NCBI RefSeq assembly: GCF_036365525.1
Contig: NC_090378.1
Location: 118,157,593-118,221,592 of the forward strand
Length of the DNA stretch: 64,000 nt
Direction of reading: 5' to 3'
From: Heterodontus francisci
Taxonomy: Eukaryota
Shown here: piece after piece, positions 49,501 through 64,000 of the stretch
How the letters are laid out: every line of letters begins with the position of its first letter
How positions within the stretch are numbered: the stretch's first letter is position 1
Notes under the pieces: generated by a model
What the model saw: the letters and a program-made list of their open reading frames with translations, nothing else
Told to the model about the DNA's origin: nothing
Database searches by the model: none
Made by a program: the position numbers and the translations under genes

Positions 49501-52500
49501 TCACAACCCAGTCCGTGTTCTCAGGTATATCACACTTCACAATCCACTCTGTGTACTCAGGTACATCACACTTCACAATCCAGTCCGTGTACTCAGGTAC
49601 ATCACACTTCACAATCCAGTCTGTGTACTCAGGGACATCACACTTCACCATCCGGTCTGTGTACTCAGGTACATCACACTTCAGAATCCAGTCTGTGTAC
49701 TCAGGTACATCACACTTCACAATCCAGTCTGTGTACTCAGGTACATCACACTTCACAATCCAGTCTGTGTACTCAGGAACATCACACTTCACAATCCAGT
49801 CAGTGTACACAGGTACATCGCACTTGACAATCCACTCTGTGTACTCAGGTACATCACACTTCACAATCCGTTCTGTGTACTCAGGTACATCACAATTCAC
49901 AGTCCAGTCTGTGTATTCAGATGCGTCACACTTCACAATCCATTCTGTGTACTCAGGTACATCACTCTTCACAATCCGGTCTGTGTACTCAGGTACATCA
50001 CACTTCACAATCCGGTCTGTGTACTCAGGTACATCACACTTCACAATCCAGTCTGTGTACTCAGGAACATCACAATTCACAATCCTGTCTGTGTACTCAG
50101 GTACATCACACTTCACAATCCGGTCTGAGTACTCAGGTATATCAAACTTCACAATCCGGTCCGTGTACTCAGAACATCACAATTCACAATCCAGTCTGTG
50201 CACTCAGGTACATCACACTTCACAATCCGGTCTGAGTACTCAGGTATATCAAACTTCACAATCCGGTCCGTGTACTCAGAACATCACAATTCACAATCCA
50301 GTCTGTGCACTCAGGTATATCAAACTTCACAATCCGGTCTGTGTACTCAGAACATCACAATTCACAATCCAGTCTGTGTACTCAGATACATCACCCTTCA
50401 CAATCCAATCTGTGTACTCAGGTACATCACACTTCACAATCCAGTCTATGTACTCAGGTACATCACACTTCACAATCCAGTCTGTGTACTCAGGAACATG
50501 GCACTTCACAATCCAGTCTGTGTACTCAGGTACATCACACTTCACAATCCAGTCTGTGTACTCAGGTATATAACACTTCACAAACCTGACTGTGTACATA
50601 TGTACATCACACTTCACAATCCGGTCTGTGTACTCAGGTACATCACACTTCACAATCCAGTCTGTGTACACAGGTACATCACACTTCACAATCCAGTCTG
50701 TGTAATCAGGAACATCACACTTCACAATCCAGTCTGTGTACACAGATACATCACCCTTCACAATCCAATCTGTGTACTCGTGTACATCACACTTCACAAT
50801 CCGGTCTGTGTACTCAGGTACATCACACTTCACAGTCCAGTCTGTGTACTCAGGTACATCACAATTCACAATCCAGTCCGTGTTCTCAGGTACATCACAC
50901 TTCGCAATCCAGTCCGTGTATTCAGGTACATCACACTTCACAATCCAGTCTGTGTACTCAGGAAAATCACACTTCACAATCCAGTCTGTGTACTCAGGAA
51001 AATCACACTTCACAATCCAGTCTGTGTACTCAGGTACATCACACTTCGCAATCCCGTCTGTGTACTCAGGTGCATCACACTTCACAATCCAGTCTGTGTA
51101 CTCAGGTACATCACACTTCACAATCCAGTCTCTGTACTCAGGTACATCACACTTCACAATTCATTCTGTGTACTCAGGTACATCACACTTCACAATCCAG
51201 TCTGTGTAGTCAGGTACATCACACTTCACAATCCACTCTGTGTACTCAGGTACATCACACTTCACAATCCAGTCCGTGTTCTCAGGTACATCACACTTCA
51301 CAATCCAGTCTGTGTACTCAGGTATATCACACTTCACAATCCAGTCTGTGTACTCCGATACATCACACTTCACAATCCAGTCTGTGTACTCAGGTACATC
51401 ACACTTCACAATCCGGTCTGTGTACTCAGGTACATCACACTTCACAATCCATTCTGTGTACTCAGGAACATCACACTTCACAATCCAGTCTGTGTACTCA
51501 GGTACATCACACTTCACAATCCAGTCTCTGTGCTCAGGTACATCACACTTCACAATCCATTCTGTGTACTCAGGTACATCACACTTCACAATCCGGTCTG
51601 TGTACTCAGGTACATCACACTTCACAATCCAGTCTGGGTACTCAGGTACATCACACTTCACAATCCAGTCTCTGTACTCAGGTACATCACACTTCACAAT
51701 CCATTCTGTGTACTCAGGTACATCACACTTCACAATCCAGTCTGTGTACTCAGATACATCACACTTCACAATCCAGTCTGTGTACTCAGGTACATCACAC
51801 TTCACAATCCAGTCTGTGTACTCAGATACATCACACTTCACAATCCGGTCTGTGTACTCAGGTACATCACACTTCACAATCCATTCTGTGTACTCAGGTA
51901 CATCACACTTCACAATCCAGTCCGTGTACTCAGGTACATCACACTTCACAATCCATTCTGTGTACTCAGGTACATCACACTTCACAATCCAGTCTGTGTA
52001 CTCAGGTACATCACACTTCACAATCCAGTCTGTGTACTCAGGAACATCACACTTCACAATCCAGTCTGTGTACTCAGGTACATCACACTTCACAATCCAT
52101 TCTGTGTACTCAGGTACATCACACTTCACAATCCACTCTGTGTACTCAGGTACATCACACTTCACAATCCAGTCTGTGTACTCAGGTATATCACACTTCA
52201 CAATCCAGTCTGTGTACTCCGATACATCACACTTCACAATCCAGTCTGTGTACTCAGGTACATCACACTTCACAATCCGGTCTGTGTACTCAGGGACATC
52301 ACACTTCACAATCCATTCTGTGTACTCAGGTACATCACACTTCACAATCCAGTCTGTGTACTCAGGAAAATCACACTTCACAATCCAGTCTGTGTACTCA
52401 GGAAAATCACACTTCACAATCCAGTCTGTGTACTCAGGTACATCACACTTCGCAATCCCGTCTGTGTACTCAGGTGCATCACACTTCACAATCCAGTCTG

Positions 52501-55500
52501 TGTACTCAGGTACATCACACTTCACAATCCAGTCTCTGTACTCAGGTACATCACACTTCACAATCCATTCTGTGTACTCAGGTACATCACACTTCACAAT
52601 CCAGTCTGTGTAGTCAGGTACATCACACTTCACAATCCACTCTGTGTACTCAGGTACATCACACTTCACAATCCAGTCCGTGTTCTCAGGTACATCACAC
52701 TTCACAATCCAGTCTGTGTACTCAGGTATATCACACTTCACAATCCAGTCTGTGTACTCCGATACATCACACTTCACAATCCATTCTGTGTACTCAGGAA
52801 CATCACACTTCACAATCCAGTCTGTGTACTCAGGTACATCACACTTCACAATCCAGTCTCTGTGCTCAGGTACATCACACTTCACAATCCATTCTGTGTA
52901 CTCAGGTACATCACACTTCACAATCCGGTCTGTGTACTCAGGTACATCACTCTTCACAATCCAGTCTGGGTACTCAGGTACATCACACTTCACAATCCAG
53001 TCTCTGTACTCAGGTACATCACACTTCACAATCCATTCTGTGTACTCAGATACATCACACTTCACAATCCGGTCTGTGTACTCAGGTACATCACACTTCA
53101 CAATCCATTCTGTGTACTCAGGTACATCACACTTCACAATCCAGTCTGTGTACTCAGATACATCACACTTCACAATCCAGTCTGAGTACTCAGGTACATC
53201 ACACTTCACAATCCAGTCTGTGTACTCAGATACATCAAACTTCACAATCCGGTCTGTGTACTCAGGTACATCACACTTCACAATCCATTCTGTGTACTCA
53301 GGTACATCACACTTCACAATCCAGTCCGTGTACTCAGGTACATCACACTTCACAATCCATTCTGTGTACTCAGGTACATCACACTTCACAATCCAGTCTG
53401 TGTACTCAGGTACATCACACTTCACAATCCATTCTGTGTACTCAGGTACATCACACTTCACAGTCCAGTCTGTGTACTCTGGTACATCACACTTCACAAT
53501 CCAGTCTGTGTACTCAGATACATCACACTTCACAATCCGGTCTGTGTACTCAGGTACATCACACTTCACAAACCTGACTGTGTACTCATGTACATCACAA
53601 TTCACAATCCAGTCCGTGTACTCAGGTACATCACACTTCACAATCCATTCTGTGTACTCAGGTACATCACACTTCACAATCCATTCTGTGTACTCAGGTA
53701 CATCACACTTCACAATCCAGTCTGTGTACTCAGGAACATCACACTTCACAATCCAGTCTGTGTACTCAGGTACATCACACTTCACAATCCATTCTGTGTA
53801 CTCAGGTACATCACACTTCACAATCCAGTCTGTGTACTCAGGTACATCACACTTCACAATCCAGTCTGTGTAATCAGGTATATCACACTTCACAATCCAG
53901 TCTGTGTACTCCGATACATCACACTTCACAATCCAGTCTGTGTACTCAGGTACATCACACTTCACAATCCGGTCTGTGTACTCAGGGACATCACACTTCA
54001 CAATCCATTCTGTGTACTCAGGTACATCACACTTCGCAATCCAGTCTGTGTACTCAGGTACATCACACTTCACAATCCAGACTGTGTACTCAGGTACATC
54101 ACACTTCACAATCCATTCTGTGTACTTAGGTACATCACACTTCGCAATCCAGTCTGTGTACTCAGATACATCACACTTCACAATCCGGTCTGTGTACTCA
54201 GGTACATCACACTTCACAATCCAGACTGTGTACTCAGGTACATCACACTTCACAATCCGGTCTGTGTACTCAGGTACATCACACTTCACAATCCAGACTG
54301 TGTACTCAGGTACATCACACTTCACAATCCATTCTGTGTAATCAGCAACATCACACTTCACAATCCAATCTGTGTACTCGTGTACATCACACTTCACAAT
54401 CCGGTCTGTGTACTCAGGTACATCACACTTCACAATCCAGACTGTGTACTCAGGTACATCACACTTCACAATCCATTCTGTGTACTCAGGTACATTCACT
54501 TCGCAATCCAGTTCGTGTACTCAGGCACATCACACGTCACAATCCGGTCTGTGTACTCAGGTACATCACACTTCACAGTCCAGTCTGTGTACTCAGGTAC
54601 ATCACACTTCACAATCCAGTCCGTGTTCTCAGGTACATCACACTTCACAATCCAGTCTGTGTATTCAGGTACATCACACTTCACAAACCATTCTGTGTAC
54701 TCAGGTACATCACACTTCACAATCCAGTCCGTGTTCTCAGGTACATCACACTTCGCAATCCAGTCCGTGTATTCAGGTACATCACACTTCACAATCCATT
54801 CAGTGTACTCAGGTACATCACACTTCACAATCCAGTCTGTGTACTCAGGTACATCACACTTCACAATCCAGTCCGTGTTCTCAGGTATATCACACTTCAC
54901 AATCCCGTCTGTGTGCTCAGGTACATCACACTTCACAATCCAGTCTGTGTACTCAGGTACATCACACTTCACAATCCAGTCTCTGTACTCAGGTACATCA
55001 CAGTTCACAATCCACTCTGTGTACTCAGGTACATCACACTTCACAATCCAGTCCGTGTTCTCAGGTACATCACACTTCACAATCCAGTCTGTGTACTCAG
55101 GTATATCACACTTCACAATCCAGTCTGTGTACTCAGGAACATCACACTTCACAATCCGGTCTGTGTACTCAGGTACATCACACTTCACAATCCATTCTGT
55201 GTACTCAGGTACATCACACTTCACAATCCAGTCCGTGTACTCAGGTACCTCACACTTCACAATCCAGTCTGTGTACTCAGGTACATGACACTTCACAATC
55301 CAGTCTGTGTACTCAGGTCCATGACACTTCACAATACAGTCTCTGTACTCAGGTACATCACACTTCACAATCCATTCTGTGTACTCAGGTACATCACACT
55401 TCACAACCCAGTCCGTGTTCTCAGGTATATCACACTTCACAATCCACTCTGTGTACTCAGGTACATCACACTTCACAATCCAGTCCGTGTACTCAGGTAC

Positions 55501-58500
55501 ATCACACTTCACAATCCAGTCTGTGTCCTCAGGGACATCACACTTCACCATCCGGTCTGTGTACTCAGGTACATCACACTTCAGAATCCAGTCTGTGTAC
55601 TCAGGTACATCACACTTCACAATCCAGTCTGTGTACTCAGGTACATCACACTTCACAATCCAGTCCGTGTTCTCAGGTACATCACACTTCACAATCCAGT
55701 CTGTGTATTCAGGTACATCACACTTCACAAACCATTCTGTGTACTCAGGTACATCACACTTCACAATCCAGTCCGTGTTCTCAGGTACATCACACTTCGC
55801 AATCCAGTCCGTGTATTCAGGTACATCACACTTCACAATCCATTCAGTGTACTCAGGTACATCACACTTCACAATCCAGTCTGTGTACTCAGGTACATCA
55901 CACTTCACAATCCAGTCCGTGTTCTCAGGTACATCACACTTCGCAATCCAGTCTGTGTACTCAGGTATATCACACTTCACAATCCCGTCTGTGTGCTCAG
56001 GTACATCACACTTCACAATCCAGTCTGTGTACTCAGGTACATCACACTTCACAATCCAGTCTCTGTACTCAGGTACATCACAGTTCACAATCCACTCTGT
56101 GTACTCAGGTACATCACACTTCACAATCCAGTCCGTGTTCTCAGGTACATCACACTTCACAATCCAGTCTGTGTACTCAGGTATATCACACTTCACAATC
56201 CAGTCTGTGTACTCAGGAACATCACACTTCACAATCCGGTCTGTGTACTCAGGTACATCACACTTCACAATCCATTCTGTGTACTCAGGTACATCACACT
56301 TAACAATCCAGTCCGTGTACTCAGGTACCTCACACTTCACAATCCAGTCTGTGTACTCAGGTACATGACACTTCACAATCCAGTCTGTGTATTCAGGTCC
56401 ATGACACTTCACAATCCAGTCTCTGTACTCAGGTACATCACACTTCACAATCCATTCTGTGTACTCAGGTACATCACACTTCACAACCCAGTCCGTGTTC
56501 TCAGGTATATCACACTTCACAATCCACTCTGTGTACTCAGGTACATCACACTTCACAATCCAGTCCGTGTACTCAGGTACATCACACTTCACAATCCAGT
56601 CTGTGTCCTCAGGGACATCACACTTCACCATCCGGTCTGTGTACTCAGGTACATCACACTTCAGAATCCAGTCTGTGTACTCAGGTACATCACACTTCAC
56701 AATCCAGTCTGTGTACTCAGGTACATCACACTTCACAATCCAGTCTGTGTACTCAGGAACATCACACTTCACAATCCAGTCAGTGTACACAGGTACATCG
56801 CACTTGACAATCCACTCTGTGTACTCAGGTACATCACACTTCACAATCCGTTCTGTGTACTCAGGTACATCACAATTCACAGTCCAGTCTGTGTATTCAG
56901 ATGCGTCACACTTCACAATCCATTCTGTGTACTCAGGTACATCACTCTTCACAATCCGGTCTGTGTACTCAGGTACATCACACTTCACAATCCGGTCTGT
57001 GTACTCAGGTACATCACACTTCACAATCCAGTCTGTGCACTCAGGAACATCACAATTCACAATCCTGTCTGTGTACTCAGGTACATCACACTTCACAATC
57101 CGGTCTGAGTACTCAGGTATATCAAACTTCACAATCCGGTCCGTGTACTCAGAACATCACAATTCACAATCCAGTCTGTGCACTCAGGTACATCACACTT
57201 CACAATCCGGTCTGAGTACTCAGGTATATCAAACTTCACAATCCGGTCCGTGTACTCAGAACATCACAATTCACAATCCAGTCTGTGCACTCAGGTATAT
57301 CAAACTTCACAATCCGGTCTGTGTACTCAGAACATCACAATTCACAATCCAGTCTGTGTACTCAGATACATCACCCTTCACAATCCAATCTGTGTACTCA
57401 GGTACATCACACTTCACAATCCAGTCTATGTACTCAGGTACATCACACTTCACAATCCAGTCTGTGTACTCAGGAACATGGCACTTCACAATCCAGTCTG
57501 TGTACTCAGGTACATCACACTTCACAATCCAGTCTGTGTACTCAGGTATATAACACTTCACAAACCTGACTGTGTACACATGTACATCACACTTCACAAT
57601 CCGGTCTGTGTACTCAGGTACATCACACTTCACAATCCAGTCTGTGTACACAGGTACATCACACTTCACAATCCAGTCTGTGTAATCAGGAACATCACAC
57701 TTCACAATCCAGTCTGTGTACACAGATACATCACCCTTCACAATCCAATCTGTGTACTCGTGTACATCACACTTCACAATCCGGTCTGTGTACTCAGGTA
57801 CATCACACTTCACAGTCCAGTCTGTGTACTCAGGTACATCACACTTCACAATCCAGTCCGTGTTCTCAGGTACATCACACTTCGCAATCCATTCTGTGTA
57901 CTCAGGTACATCACACTTCACAACCCAGTCCGTGTTCTCAGGTATATCACACTTCACAATCCAGTCCGTGTTCTCAGGTACATCACACTTCGCAATCCAG
58001 TCTGTGTACTCAGGTATATCACACTTCACAATCCCGTCTGTGTGCTCAGGTACATCACACTTCACAATCCAGTCTGTGTACTCAGGTACATCACACTTCA
58101 CAATCCAGTCTCTGTACTCAGGTACATCACAGTTCACAATCCACTCTGTGTACTCAGGTACATCACACTTCACAATCCAGTCCGTGTTCTCAGGTACATC
58201 ACACTTCACAATCCAGTCTGTGTACTCAGGTATATCACACTTCACAATCCAGTCTGTGTACTCAGGTACATCACACTTCACAATCCAGTCCGTGTTCTCA
58301 GGTACATCACACTTCACAATCCAGTCTGTGCATTCAGGTACATCACACTTCACAAACCATTCTGTGTACTCAGGTACATCACACTTCACAATCCAGTCCG
58401 TGTTCTCAGGTACATCACACTTCGCAATCCAGTCCGTGTATTCAGGTACATCACACTTCACAATCCATTCAGTGTACTCAGGTACATCACACTTCACAAT

Positions 58501-61500
58501 CCAGTCTGTGTACTCAGGTACATCACACTTCACAATCCAGTCCGTGTTCTCAGGTACATCACACTTCGCAATCCAGTCTGTGTACTCAGGTATATCACAC
58601 TTCACAATCCCGTCTGTGTGCTCAGGTACATCACACTTCACAATCCAGTCTGTGTACTCAGGTACATCACACTTCACAATCCAGTCTCTGTACTCAGGTA
58701 CATCACAGTTCACAATCCACTCTGTGTACTCAGGTACATCACACTTCACAATCCAGTCCGTGTTCTCAGGTACATCACACTTCACAATCCAGTCTGTGTA
58801 CTCAGGTATATCACACTTCACAATCCAGTCTGTGTACTCAGGAACATCACACTTCACAATCCGGTCTGTGTACTCAGGTACATCACACTTCACAATCCAT
58901 TCTGTGTACTCAGGTACATCACACTTCACAATCCAGTCCGTGTACTCAGGTACCTCACACTTCACAATCCATTCTGTGTACTCAGGTACATGACACTTCA
59001 CAATCCAGTCTGTGTACTCAGGTCCATGACACTTCACAATCCAGTCTCTGTACTCAGGTACATCACACTTCACAATCCACTCTGTGTACTCAGGTACATC
59101 ACACTTCACAATCCAGTCCGTGTACTCAGGTACATCACACTTCACAATCCAGTCTGTGTCCTCAGGGACATCACACTTCACCATCCGGTCTGTGTACTCA
59201 GGTACATCACACTTCAGAATCCAGTCTGTGTACTCAGGTACATCACACTTCACAATCCAGTCTGTGTACTCAGGTACATCACACTTCACAATCCAGTCTG
59301 TGTACTCAGGAACATCACACTTCACAATCCAGTCAGTGTACACAGGTACATCGCACTTGACAATCCACTCTGTGTACTCAGGTACATCACACTTCACAAT
59401 CCGTTCTGTGTACTCAGGTACATCACAATTCACAGTCCAGTCTGTGTATTCAGATGCGTCACACTTCACAATCCATTCTGTGTACTCAGGTACATCACTC
59501 TTCACAATCCGGTCTGTGTACTCAGGTACATCACACTTCACAATCCGGTCTGTGTACTCAGGTACATCACACTTCACAATCCAGTCTGTGCACTCAGGAA
59601 CATCACAATTCACAATCCTGTCTGTGTACTCAGGTACATCACACTTCACAATCCGGTCTGAGTACTCAGGTATATCAAACTTCACAATCCGGTCCGTGTA
59701 CTCAGAACATCACAATTCACAATCCAGTCTGTGCACTCAGGTACATCACACTTCACAAACCGGTCTGAGTACTCAGGTATATCAAACTTCACAATCCGGT
59801 CCGTGTACTCAGAACATCACAATTCACAATCCAGTCTGTGCACTCAGGTACATCACACTTCACAATCCGGTCTGAGTACTCAGGTATATCAAACTTCACA
59901 ATCCGGTCCGTGTACTCAGAACATCACAATTCACAATCCAGTCTGTGCACTCAGGTATATCAAACTTCACAATCCGGTCTGTGTACTCAGAACATCACAA
60001 TTCACAATCCAGTCTGTGTACTCAGATACATCACCCTTCACAATCCAATCTGTGTACTCAGGTACATCACACTTCAGAATCCAGTCTATGTACTCAGGTA
60101 CATCACACTTCACAATCCAGTCTGTGTACTCAGGAACATGGCACTTCACAATCCAGTCTGTGTACTCAGGTACATCACACTTCACAATCCAGTCTGTGTA
60201 CTCAGGTATATAACACTTCACAAACCTGACTGTGTACACATGTACATCACACTTCACAATCCGGTCTGTGTACTCAGGTACATCACACTTCACAATCCAG
60301 TCTGTGTACACAGGTACATCACACTTCACAATCCAGTCTGTGTAATCAGGAACATCACACTTCACAATCCAGTCTGTGTACACAGATACATCACCCTTCA
60401 CAATCCAATCTGTGTACTCGTGTACATCACACTTCACAATCCGGTCTGTGTACTCAGGTACATCACACTTCACAGTCCAGTCTGTGTACTCAGGTACATC
60501 ACACTTCACAATCCAGTCCGTGTTCTCAGGTACATCACACTTCGCAATCCATTCTGTGTACTCAGGTACATCACACTTCACAACCCAGTCCGTGTTCTCA
60601 GGTATATCACACTTCACAATCCAGTCCGTGTTCTCAGGTACATCACACTTCGCAATCCAGTCTGTGTACTCAGGTATATCACACTTCACAATCCCGTCTG
60701 TGTGCTCAGGTACATCACACTTCACAATCCAGTCTGTGTACTCAGGTACATCACACTTCACAATCCAGTCTCTGTACTCAGGTACATCACAGTTCACAAT
60801 CCACTCTGTGTACTCAGGTACATCACACTTCACAATCCAGTCCGTGTTCTCAGGTACATCACACTTCACAATCCAGTCTGTGTACTCAGGTATATCACAC
60901 TTCACAATCCAGTCTGTGTACTCAGGTACATCACACTTCACAATCCAGTCCGTGTTCTCAGGTACATCACACTTCACAATCCAGTCTGTGCATTCAGGTA
61001 CATCACACTTCACAAACCATTCTGTGTACTCAGGTACATCACACTTCACAATCCAGTCCGTGTTCTCAGGTACATCACACTTCGCAATCCAGTCCGTGTA
61101 TTCAGGAACATCACACTTCACAATCCATTCAGTGTACTCAGGTACATCACACTTCACAATCCAGTCTGTGTACTCAGGTACATCACACTTCACAATCCAG
61201 TCCGTGTTCTCAGGTACATCACACTTCGCAATCCAGTCTGTGTACTCAGGTATATCACACTTCACAATCCCGTCTGTGTGCTCAGGTACATCACACTTCA
61301 CAATCCAGTCTGTGTACTCAGGTACATCACACTTCACAATCCAGTCTCTGTACTCAGGTACATCACAGTTCACAATCCACTCTGTGTACTCAGGTACATC
61401 ACACTTCACAATCCAGTCCGTGTTCTCAGGTACATCACACTTCACAATCCAGTCTGTGTACTCAGGTATATCACACTTCACAATCCAGTCTGTGTACTCA

Positions 61501-64000
61501 GGAACATCACACTTCACAATCCGGTCTGTGTACTCAGGTACATCACACTTCACAATCCATTCTGTGTACTCAGGTACATCACACTTCACAATCCAGTCCG
61601 TGTACTCAGGTACCTCACACTTCACAATCCATTCTGTGTACTCAGGTACATGACACTTCACAATCCAGTCTGTGTACTCAGGTCCATGACACTTCACAAT
61701 CCAGTCTCTGTACTCAGGTACATCACACTTCACAATCCATTCTGTGTACTCAGGTACATCACACTTCACAACCCAGTCCGTGTTCTCAGGTATATCACAC
61801 TTCACAATCCACTCTGTGTACTCAGGTACATCACACTTCACAATCCAGTCCGTGTACTCAGGTACATCACACTTCACAATCCAGTCTGTGTCCTCAGGGA
61901 CATCACACTTCACCATCCGGTCTGTGTACTCAGGTACATCACACTTCAGAATCCAGTCTGTGTACTCAGGTACATCACACTTCACAATCCAGTCTGTGTA
62001 CTCAGGTACATCACACTTCACAATCCAGTCTGTGTACTCAGGAACATCACACTTCACAATCCAGTCAGTGTACACAGGTACATCGCACTTGACAATCCAC
62101 TCTGTGTACTCAGGTACATCACACTTCACAATCCGTTCTGTGTACTCAGGTACATCACAATTCACAGTCCAGTCTGTGTATTCAGATGCGTCACACTTCA
62201 CAATCCATTCTGTGTACTCAGGTACATCACTCTTCACAATCCGGTCTGTGTACTCAGGTACATCACACTTCACAATCCGGTCTGTGTACTCAGGTACATC
62301 ACACTTCACAATCCAGTCTGTGCACTCAGGAACATCACAATTCACAATCCTGTCTGTGTACTCAGGTACATCACACTTCACAATCCGGTCTGAGTACTCA
62401 GGTACATCACACTTCACAATCCAGTCTGTGTACACAGGTACATCACACTTCACAATCCAGTCTGTGTAATCAGGAACATCACACTTCACAATCCAGTCTG
62501 TGTACACAGATACATCACCCTTCACAATCCAATCTGTGTACTCGTGTACATCACACTTCACAATCCGGTCTGTGTACTCAGGTACATCACACTTCACAGT
62601 CCAGTCTGTGTACTCAGGTACATCACACTTCACAATCCAGTCCGTGTTCTCAGGTACATCACACTTCGCAATCCATTCTGTGTACTCAGGTACATCACAC
62701 TTCACAACCCAGTCCGTGTTCTCAGGTATATCACACTTCACAATCCAGTCCGTGTTCTCAGGTACATCACACTTCGCAATCCAGTCTGTGTACTCAGGTA
62801 TATCACACTTCACAATCCCGTCTGTGTGCTCAGGTACATCACACTTCACAATCCAGTCTGTGTACTCAGGTACATCACACTTCACAATCCAGTCTCTGTA
62901 CTCAGGTACATCACAGTTCACAATCCACTCTGTGTACTCAGGTACATCACACTTCACAATCCAGTCCGTGTTCTCAGGTACATCACACTTCACAATCCAG
63001 TCTGTGTACTCAGGTATATCACACTTCACAATCCAGTCTGTGTACTCAGGAACATCACACTTCACAATCCGGTCTGTGTACTCAGGTACATCACACTTCA
63101 CAATCCATTCTGTGTACTCAGGTACATCACACTTCACAATCCAGTCCGTGTACTCAGGTACATCACACTTCACAATCCAGTCTGTGTACTCAGGTACATG
63201 ACACTTCACAATCCAGTCTGTGTACTCAGGTCCATGACACTTCACAATCCAGTCTCTGTACTCAGGTACATCACACTTCACAATCCATTCTGTGTACTCA
63301 GGTACATCACACTTCACAACCCAGTCCGTGTTCTCAGGTATATCACACTTCACAATCCACTCTGTGTACTCAGGTACATCACACTTCACAATCCAGTCCG
63401 TGTACTCAGGTACATCACACTTCACAATCCAGTCTGTGTACTCAGGGACATCACACTTCACCATCCGGTCTGTGTACTCAGGTACATCACACTTCAGAAT
63501 CCAGTCTGTGTACTCAGGTACATCACACTTCACAATCCAGTCTGTGTACTCAGGTACATCACACTTCACAATCCAGTCTGTGTACTCAGGAACATCACAC
63601 TTCACAATCCAGTCAGTGTACACAGGTACATCGCACTTGACAATCCACTCTGTGTACTCAGGTACATCACACTTCACAATCCGTTCTGTGTACTCAGGTA
63701 CATCACAATTCACAGTCCAGTCTGTGTATTCAGATGCGTCACACTTCACAATCCATTCTGTGTACTCAGGTACATCACTCTTCACAATCCGGTCTGTGTA
63801 CTCAGGTACATCACACTTCACAATCCGGTCTGTGTACTCAGGTACATCACACTTCACAAACCATTCTGTGTACTCAGGTACATCACACTTCACAATCCAG
63901 TCCGTGTTCTCAGGTACATCACACTTCGCAATCCAGTCCGTGTATTCAGGTACATCACACTTCACAATCCATTCAGTGAACTCAGGTACATCACACTTCA
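31558..64000. repeat. 36-bp satellite, about 900 copies, running off the window end; unit ccagtctgtgtactcaggtacatcacacttcacaat; higher-order structure
   Basis: 36-bp periodicity, with rare 35-bp units and recurring blocks of variant units. Confidence 0.99.

Noticed and set aside
31448-63979. Very long ORFs (up to 1583 aa) on both strands
   Set aside because: The 36-bp unit is 12 codons and is stop-free in several frames. Overlapping ORFs in four frames that break at 1-bp deletions are translation artefacts.
31558-64000. CRISPR array (36-bp repeats; also the 32-bp repeats)
   Set aside because: The units are head-to-tail with no unique spacers, there are no cas genes, and the context is vertebrate.
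31558-64000. Cryptic RSS array in the 36-bp satellite
   Set aside because: CACAATC and CACAGAC heptamer-like motifs exist, but for the one I checked (CACAATC) the best 9-mer at 12 or 23 bp matches the nonamer at only about 4/9.

Overview
Eukaryotic genomic DNA, almost certainly from a cartilaginous fish: the V gene resembles shark NS4/kappa, and the CR1 and L2 remnants have shark-type tails. About 82% of the window is five tandem arrays, with units of 61 bp (1-10823), 43 bp (15165-16343), 32 bp (21692-28677), 23 bp (28805-29955) and 36 bp (31558-64000). These arrays generate nearly all ORFs in the track, and those ORFs are artefacts. The only confident gene is an intact, unrearranged immunoglobulin kappa-type light-chain V segment on the minus strand. 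It has a leader exon (11392-11344), a 186-nt intron, a V exon (11157-10857), a perfect 12-RSS, and a TATA/octamer-variant/PU.1 promoter. No J or C is in the window, because the 61-bp satellite starts 5 bp past the RSS nonamer and runs at least 10.8 kb. Each 61-bp unit carries a cryptic heptamer-23-nonamer geometry. The remaining unique DNA holds MITE-like elements, L2/CR1 fragments, a 959-N gap, a compact RUNX/E-box/EICE/kB motif cluster (candidate lymphoid enhancer) and a possible orphan terminal exon. I see no firm evidence of a wholly new system. The best leads are the RSS-abutting satellite with cryptic RSS geometry and the enhancer-like cluster.
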